DNA of 46,041 bases from Candidatus Iainarchaeum sp. Lineage in GTDB: Archaea; Iainarchaeota; Iainarchaeia; Iainarchaeales; GW2011-AR10. Under the pieces are notes generated by a model, which made no database searches, was not told the origin of the DNA, and worked only from the letters and a program-made list of their open reading frames with translations. Below are positions 40,719-46,041 of the stretch, one piece after another. The stretch is taken from positions 1 through 46,041 of the forward strand of contig JACQJF010000039.1 of NCBI GenBank assembly GCA_016198165.1, in the 5' to 3' direction. A program made the position numbers and the translations under genes. Positions within the stretch are counted from its first letter, which is position 1. Each line of letters opens with the position of its first letter.

Positions 40719-41984
40719 ATGAGTCCAAAAAAATTTTTGTTAATAATCTTGTTCATTGGTGTTGCATTTAGGCTCGTTTTGAGCCAGATAACCCCGATCT
40801 GGGTTGGCCCGGACGAGCCTGCGCATTTTACCTTTATTAAGCATCTTTCAGAGACCTGGCAATTGACTGAATTGAAACCCACTGCTGAAGTATTGAATAC
40901 TACCTGGTATTCTACAATACAGCAACCTCCATTTTTCTATGCCCTGCTTGTTCCATTCTATCGGGGCATTTCAAGTCTTTCAGTTGATTCACTTGTCCAC
41001 ATTTTGAGGCTTTTAAGTGTCTTGATTGGGGCTGTCCACGTTTTTTTGGTTTACAAACTTGCAAAAGAGATTACCACAAGGGAGGATTTTGCCCTTTTAA
41101 GTGCGGCTTTTGTTTCTTTTTTGCCAACCCACATAGTCGTCAGTTCGGTAATCAATAATGGGCCGCTGGTGTGGGTGTTTGTCACTGCCAGCGCTTTGTT
41201 TATGGTTTATTCGATAAAAAACAACTATAACTTCATGCAGGCTTGCCTTGGCGCCCTGTTTTTTGGATTAAGTGTTTTCACAAAATACACTGCATTGAGT
41301 CTCCTAATTTCTTTTTTGATTTTCTGGATTTGTTTTTTTAAAAAATCCCAAAGCTCAATTGGAAAAAAATTTTTTCTTTTGGTTTTCCCGTTTTTTATTT
41401 TTGGCCCGATTTTTTTGAGGAATTTTTTTGTTTACGGAGCGTTCATTCCGACACAGGAGGTTTCAATTACAAAACTTGATATTAGCTGGCTTGTCTATTA
41501 TATCATTCATCTTTTTCCAGGTTACTGGGTCCAGGAATATGGCACTGCATACATTCCTGACATAAGGTATTTTTTCTTTGCCGTGTTTGGAGTTTTTTCA
41601 CTCGTTTCCCTTGTCGGTTTGATCTTTTTTTTGCTTAAAAGAAAAACCAAGTTGTTAGAGTTGGTTCGTTCAAGCAAGTTTTTTGACAACAAAAAGGCGG
41701 TTTATTATTCCATAATTTTAAGTGGGCTTTTCTTGAATTTTGCCGGCCTTACCTGGCTTAACACCAAGTGGCTTTTTCCTGATGCAAGGCTGATGTTTGA
41801 AACACTGTCTTTTTTTGCATTGCTGTTTGTACTTGGCACTTTCCATTTTTGGAGCGGGCTTGGAAAACAAAAACTGTTCAAGCCGTCTCTGTATATCCTC
41901 CTGGCTTGCCTGCTTTTTTTTGACTTGATTCTTTTGGTGAACCACAATAGCGTGCTGCCAAAAGTTCCTTGGCCGCTTCTTTAA
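40719..41984 (+). CDS. GT-C fold glycosyltransferase (PMT_2/ArnT-like, family 39-like)
   Basis: About 12 TM helices. The first extracytoplasmic loop carries the GPDEPAHFTF (DE-x-x-H) motif characteristic of ArnT/PMT-type lipid-linked sugar transferases. Confidence 0.7.
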   Translation: MSPKKFLLIILFIGVAFRLVLSQITPIWVGPDEPAHFTFIKHLSETWQLTELKPTAEVLNTTWYSTIQQPPFFYALLVPFYRGISSLSVDSLVHILRLLSVLIGAVHVFLVYKLAKEITTREDFALLSAAFVSFLPTHIVVSSVINNGPLVWVFVTASALFMVYSIKNNYNFMQACLGALFFGLSVFTKYTALSLLISFLIFWICFFKKSQSSIGKKFFLLVFPFFIFGPIFLRNFFVYGAFIPTQEVSITKLDISWLVYYIIHLFPGYWVQEYGTAYIPDIRYFFFAVFGVFSLVSLVGLIFFLLKRKTKLLELVRSSKFFDNKKAVYYSIILSGLFLNFAGLTWLNTKWLFPDARLMFETLSFFALLFVLGTFHFWSGLGKQKLFKPSLYILLACLLFFDLILLVNHNSVLPKVPWPLL

Positions 41985-42099
41985 GAGGGGCGTTTAAACG
42001 CTGAAATTTTTGCCATTTTTTTCCTTGCATCTGCAGGTGCAGGCCCTGGTGAAAACCCAGGTATAGCCAAAGGAGCGTGAGTCCTATTCTTGTTGTGAT

Positions 42100-43842
42100 T
42101 TAGTCTGTGGCCATTTTTTCGCTGTCCCAGAGGTCTTTTGGGTTGTCAATTCTCTTGATTAAACAGTTTTCCATTGCAAGGTAATCAATGCCAGTGCCCA
42201 TCATGCACTTGTAGGCATCGTGTGGCGTGCACACGATTGGCTCTCCGCGGATGTTGAAAGAAGTGTTTATCATTATCGGGACTCCGGACAATTTTTGGAA
42301 TTCTTGTACTGTCTGGTAGTATAGTGCATGCTGTTCTTTTCTGATTACCTGCAGTCTTCCGGTTCCGTCAACATGTGTGACCGCAGGAATGATTTTTCTT
42401 TTTTCTTTTCTGACCGGGTAAACCATGAGCATGTAGTCTGCAGCTTGCGGCAACGGATCGTCGCATTCAAACCATTTGTTTACTTCTTCAAACAGGACCA
42501 CTGGTGCGAACGGCCTGAATTTTTCGCGGTGCTTGACTTTTAGGTTCAAAATGCCCTGCATTTTTGGGTTTGTAGGGTTTGAAAGGATGCTTCGCGCTCC
42601 AAGCGCACGCGGCCCCCACTCCATTCTGCCCTGGAACCACCCCACGACAAAATTGTTGTTTACAAGTTCTGCCGTTTTTTTCGCTATTTCTGCACGCGAA
42701 CCAAACTTATAATATTTTATGCTGTTTTTGTCCAGATAGTCCTGGACTTCTTTGTCCGAAAAAGAAGGGCCTAAAAAAGCCGAATTCAGCACAAACTGCC
42801 GGGGATTTTTCATAATGGAATTGTAAACAAATAGTGCAGCCCCCATTGAAGTTCCTGCATCTCCTGCGGCAGGCTGGATGAAAATTCTTTTGAAGGGGGT
42901 TTTTGAGAGGATTTTTCCGTTTGCAGCGCTGTTTAGAGCTACCCCGCCTGCCATGCAGAGGTTTTCGAGTTTTGTTTCACTGTAAAGGTTTTCAAGGAGG
43001 TGGAAAAGGACTTCCTCTGTTTTTGCCTGAAGGGACGCTGCGACATCCTTGTGAAACTGGGTTATCTGGCTTTCCTTTTCGCGCGTTTTTTCGCCAAAAA
43101 GCCCTTCTAGTTTTTTTGAAGGCATTTTTTTTTCGTGCGTGTAAGCAAAGTAATCCATGCCAAGTTCAAAGCTCCCATCGTCAAATGTCCTTATAAGTTT
43201 GTCAAATTCTTCTTTGTAAACAGGTTTTCCCCACGGCGCAAGCCCCATGACTTTGTACTCTGAATTGTTGACGGTAAAGCCAAGATAAGCGGTAATCGTG
43301 CTGTAAAGCAGTCCGAGTGAGTGGGGGAAATGGATTTCCTTGAATAGTTCTATTTCTGTGTCATTGCCTGTTGAAAAAGTCGTGGTCGCGAATTCCCCCA
43401 CGCCGTCAACCGTGAGTATGGCGGCTTTTTTGTAGGGCGAGCACAGAAAAGCAGATGCAGCGTGGCTTAAGTGGTGCTCCAAATAGTAAACTTTTCCATT
43501 GTACCCCAAGTCCTTGATGTTTTTTGGCACTAATAGTTTTTCTGAAAGCCAGCTTGGGATTGATTCTACAAACACGCTCATTGAACGCGGAAAAGTGTCA
43601 ATGAACTGCATTAAAAGCCGTTCAAACTTCAGGTAAGGTTTTTCGTAAAAGGCAACAGCGTCAAGTTGTTTTGCACTGATTCCTGCTTCGTTTAGGCAAT
43701 AGTTAACTGCATTGACTGGAAAGCAAAGGTCGTGTTTTTTTCTTGAAAACCTTTCCTCTTGCGCTGCAGCGATTACTTTTCCGTCCCTGACGATGCAAGT
43801 AGAAGAGTCATGGTAATAAGCTGAAATTCCAAGAATGTGCAA
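42100..43842 (-). CDS. carbamoyltransferase (NodU/CmcH family)
   Basis: 580 aa: N-terminal ILGISAYYHDSSTCIV, HHLSHAASAF, a Kae1/ASKHA-like domain and a C-terminal YrdC-like region (VNTSFNIRGEPIVCTP). Confidence 0.9.
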   Translation of the reverse strand: MHILGISAYYHDSSTCIVRDGKVIAAAQEERFSRKKHDLCFPVNAVNYCLNEAGISAKQLDAVAFYEKPYLKFERLLMQFIDTFPRSMSVFVESIPSWLSEKLLVPKNIKDLGYNGKVYYLEHHLSHAASAFLCSPYKKAAILTVDGVGEFATTTFSTGNDTEIELFKEIHFPHSLGLLYSTITAYLGFTVNNSEYKVMGLAPWGKPVYKEEFDKLIRTFDDGSFELGMDYFAYTHEKKMPSKKLEGLFGEKTREKESQITQFHKDVAASLQAKTEEVLFHLLENLYSETKLENLCMAGGVALNSAANGKILSKTPFKRIFIQPAAGDAGTSMGAALFVYNSIMKNPRQFVLNSAFLGPSFSDKEVQDYLDKNSIKYYKFGSRAEIAKKTAELVNNNFVVGWFQGRMEWGPRALGARSILSNPTNPKMQGILNLKVKHREKFRPFAPVVLFEEVNKWFECDDPLPQAADYMLMVYPVRKEKRKIIPAVTHVDGTGRLQVIRKEQHALYYQTVQEFQKLSGVPIMINTSFNIRGEPIVCTPHDAYKCMMGTGIDYLAMENCLIKRIDNPKDLWDSEKMATD

Positions 43843-43860
43843 TCAAACACCTTTCTTTTG

Positions 43861-44250
43861 TCAAAACATTTCCTCAAAGTTCCGTTTTTTTTGGGAAACG
43901 TCAACCCATGAACTTTTACCGCTGGGCCTTATTCTCAGAAAACTTTTGCCGGTTATTCTTGAAAAAAACCACGTTATTCCGACTCCAAGCGTGTAAACAA
44001 CAACCAATGCTATGCTTACAATCATAAAGTTTGCTTTTTTCCCGAAATCATGAAGGCCATCGTGAAAATCTGAGAAAAACTGTTTTTTTTGAAATATTTT
44101 TGGGAATATTAACCCTCCAAGCAGATTAACCAAAAAAAGTGCCGCAATTACAGGGAGTGCTTTCTCAACCGTTTTGGCCCAGACTGCTCCAAGCATTGTG
44201 AAAAGCAATAAACTGCCGCAAAAAAACCCAACTGCTTTTGGAATAGTCAA
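43861..44250 (-). CDS. SxtJ-like small membrane protein
   Basis: 129 aa, 3-4 TM, C-terminal ...ITGKSFLRIRPSGKSSWVDV. It lies directly upstream of the carbamoyltransferase, as in many bacterial loci. The family assignment is from memory. Confidence 0.45.
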   Translation of the reverse strand: MTIPKAVGFFCGSLLLFTMLGAVWAKTVEKALPVIAALFLVNLLGGLIFPKIFQKKQFFSDFHDGLHDFGKKANFMIVSIALVVVYTLGVGITWFFSRITGKSFLRIRPSGKSSWVDVSQKKRNFEEMF

Positions 44251-44376
44251 AACAATGCCCCTTTTTTTCTAAACTAAATGGGTTTTTACGTGCTTTTAAA
44301 GATATTTAAGGTATTGGCTTTATTCAGGCTTTTTAATATTTTTGTGGGAATATGGGAGTTGAGGGGGGTTTTGTCC

Positions 44377-44535
44377 ATGAACTTCTTGACAGTTGCAAAG
44401 GATTTGCTCCGTTTTTTGTGGAAAAAGAAAGCCTGGTGGCTTGCGCCAATCATTATAATGCTTGCAATAGTTGTTTTCCTGATATTCTTCACACAGTCAA
44501 CAACACTCTCCCCCTTTGTGTATGCATTATTTTAG
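44377..44535 (+). CDS. DUF5989-like mini membrane protein
   Basis: Start at ATG 44377 after GAGGGGGG. The 52-aa MNFLTVAKDLLRFLWKKKAWWLAPIIIMLAIVVFLIFFTQSTTLSPFVYALF matches the remembered DUF5989 pattern (...KKxWWLxPIIxxL...xPFIYxLF). Confidence 0.6.
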   Translation: MNFLTVAKDLLRFLWKKKAWWLAPIIIMLAIVVFLIFFTQSTTLSPFVYALF

Positions 44536-44549
44536 AGTAATGATTGCCA

Positions 44550-46041
44550 ATGAAGCTTGATTTTATTAACCCCCAAGATTTTTTTAAAAATTTTGTTGTT
44601 TTTATTTTGGGAATTCTGATTTTTTTAGTGTTGTTTGAAGTTTTTCTGCTTTTCACTGATGCGCCGGCTCAGCAAGAACAAGGGATAGATTCCTATCTGA
44701 AGAATTATAAAAGATGCTCTTTTGGGGTGAATCAAGCAGAATCAGGGGGCCAAATTCTGGATAACGCCGCAATTTTATTTGAAGAAGGAAAAGCGGCAAA
44801 AGCAAAAGGCGATATTGAGTTAGCGTTATCAAAATTTCAAGAGGCAGCCAAGCTTGCTTCGCAGGTATCAGAATTATATGAAGAAAAAGCAAGAACGGAA
44901 TTTATTCTTGGAATGTCTGGTGAAGCAGTACTTGATGCACAGAAGGCAATTGAACTGTGTGAAAAAAATTACCGGGCGCATATTATTGCCGGCGATGTTT
45001 TCTATGCGGCAGGGTTGAAAGTCCTTAGCTCAGTGGATAGTTCACAATTTGAGTTTGTTGAAGGGGATTATGCTATAAATGGGGAGTTATCTGAAGAAGT
45101 TGAAAATGCTCTACAAAACATAAACGCGGGAACACAACACTACAATACTGCTAATTTCATAAAAAACAGTTCTGTTTTATTCCCATTATGTGCTTTCAGA
45201 GATGACACTGTTACTGATTATAGTTTGTTGCCTAATTTCAGGACGGCAGTTCTCCTTGAGAAAATACTGTATTTTGTAAAAACTAATTCAATCGGGATAA
45301 GGGCTGATGAAGAATTCAAAGAAGAAAAACAGCAGGCAATTACAAGAGTTTTTTTTATGGGTGACAGTTACAGTTTTGGGTGGGGAGTGGACAGAAGTAA
45401 AAGCATGCCTTTTTTGCTTGAACAAAAACTGAATCAAAGCACAGGTGTAAAAAAATTTGAAGTAATGAATCTTTCAGTCCCTGGTTTTGACCCGATAAAA
45501 GAAAACCTTTTTTTTGACAAATTTTCGAATTTCAACCCCGATGTAGTTATAATCGGGTTTAATGGGACTGACATAGTAAAAGGCAATGAAGCACAACAGG
45601 ACTGCGTAAGCGTAACCAAGAATGGCTGCCTTTACAATAAAGAATGCAAATTGAGCGAAGAACACGGTTTTTTGGATGAATTTTTAGGGTGGTCTCATGC
45701 ATACACTTTTTTCAATAAAAAAATTAAGGATGTCACTGAGCCAAATAGTGCTTGGTCAGAGCAAAAAAGCGCATTAACCAGTTTAATTGAAAAAATAAGG
45801 TTAAAAAATGCTGTTCCGGTTATAGTTTTTATACCGTTGGTGGAAGTTCTAAGTGACAGGGATGCCTCCGACAGAAAGCTGGCTTTAGTTAAAAATCTTT
45901 CAAACGAAAAAAATGTTTTTCTGATTGATGTCAGTGATTCAATAATAGAAAAAAGTCATGCCCAAAAACTTTACTATGAAGTATTTGACGATCACACCAA
46001 TGCTTACGGAAATGAGGTAATTGCAGAAGAAATAGCCCGCA
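44550..46041 (+). CDS. partial TM-anchored TPR-like + SGNH/GDSL hydrolase (runs off the right edge)
   Basis: Not in the ORF track because there is no stop in the window. My hand translation from ATG 44550 is open to base 46041 (497 codons). It shows an N-terminal TM helix, the GDS block RVFFMGDSYSFGWG and the C-terminal DDHTNAYGNEVIA (DxxH) block. Confidence 0.7.
   Translation, partial: MKLDFINPQDFFKNFVVFILGILIFLVLFEVFLLFTDAPAQQEQGIDSYLKNYKRCSFGVNQAESGGQILDNAAILFEEGKAAKAKGDIELALSKFQEAAKLASQVSELYEEKARTEFILGMSGEAVLDAQKAIELCEKNYRAHIIAGDVFYAAGLKVLSSVDSSQFEFVEGDYAINGELSEEVENALQNINAGTQHYNTANFIKNSSVLFPLCAFRDDTVTDYSLLPNFRTAVLLEKILYFVKTNSIGIRADEEFKEEKQQAITRVFFMGDSYSFGWGVDRSKSMPFLLEQKLNQSTGVKKFEVMNLSVPGFDPIKENLFFDKFSNFNPDVVIIGFNGTDIVKGNEAQQDCVSVTKNGCLYNKECKLSEEHGFLDEFLGWSHAYTFFNKKIKDVTEPNSAWSEQKSALTSLIEKIRLKNAVPVIVFIPLVEVLSDRDASDRKLALVKNLSNEKNVFLIDVSDSIIEKSHAQKLYYEVFDDHTNAYGNEVIAEEIAR

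Overview
The window reads as a chromosomal segment of a small-genome archaeon, probably DPANN-like. That placement is an inference from three things: a short bulge-helix-bulge-type intron at the canonical position of a tRNA-Ile, A/T-rich TATA-like boxes about 25-35 nt upstream of many start codons, and tightly packed or overlapping genes. Several housekeeping genes are nevertheless bacterial-type, including a 590-aa AspRS with an insertion domain and GatCAB. Core genes are aspS-gatC-gatA-(IMPase)-gatB, nth, phnD-phnC-phnE with a divergent DtxR-family repressor, a TDH-like SDR, a membrane-anchored DsbA-like oxidoreductase and an MBL-fold nuclease. The accessory content is large. It includes VapBC, HEPN-MNT, a GNAT pair, a roughly 1-kb toxin-antitoxin-like cassette bounded by 40-bp direct repeats, and a Nuc/Fic/PLC-like/Fic island. 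It also includes a glycan-modification cluster (GT-C, carbamoyltransferase, SxtJ-like, DUF5989-like, SGNH) and many secreted or surface proteins. Four signals stand out. (1) A 1887-aa secreted protein is built from about three dozen tandem six-cysteine CPxC...WNC...C...WC...WC modules. It is flanked by a Cys-rich lipoprotein and a two-TM protein. (2) A roughly 95-nt double-hairpin repeat family has three copies. Two are near-identical and one is diverged, with every stem difference compensated. (3) The direct-repeat-bounded insertion duplicates and displaces the 3' end of a gene. (4) A tandemly duplicated surface-protein module carries a relic gene fragment and mosaic near-identical blocks. 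No rRNA, CRISPR array, integrase, transposase or reverse transcriptase was seen.
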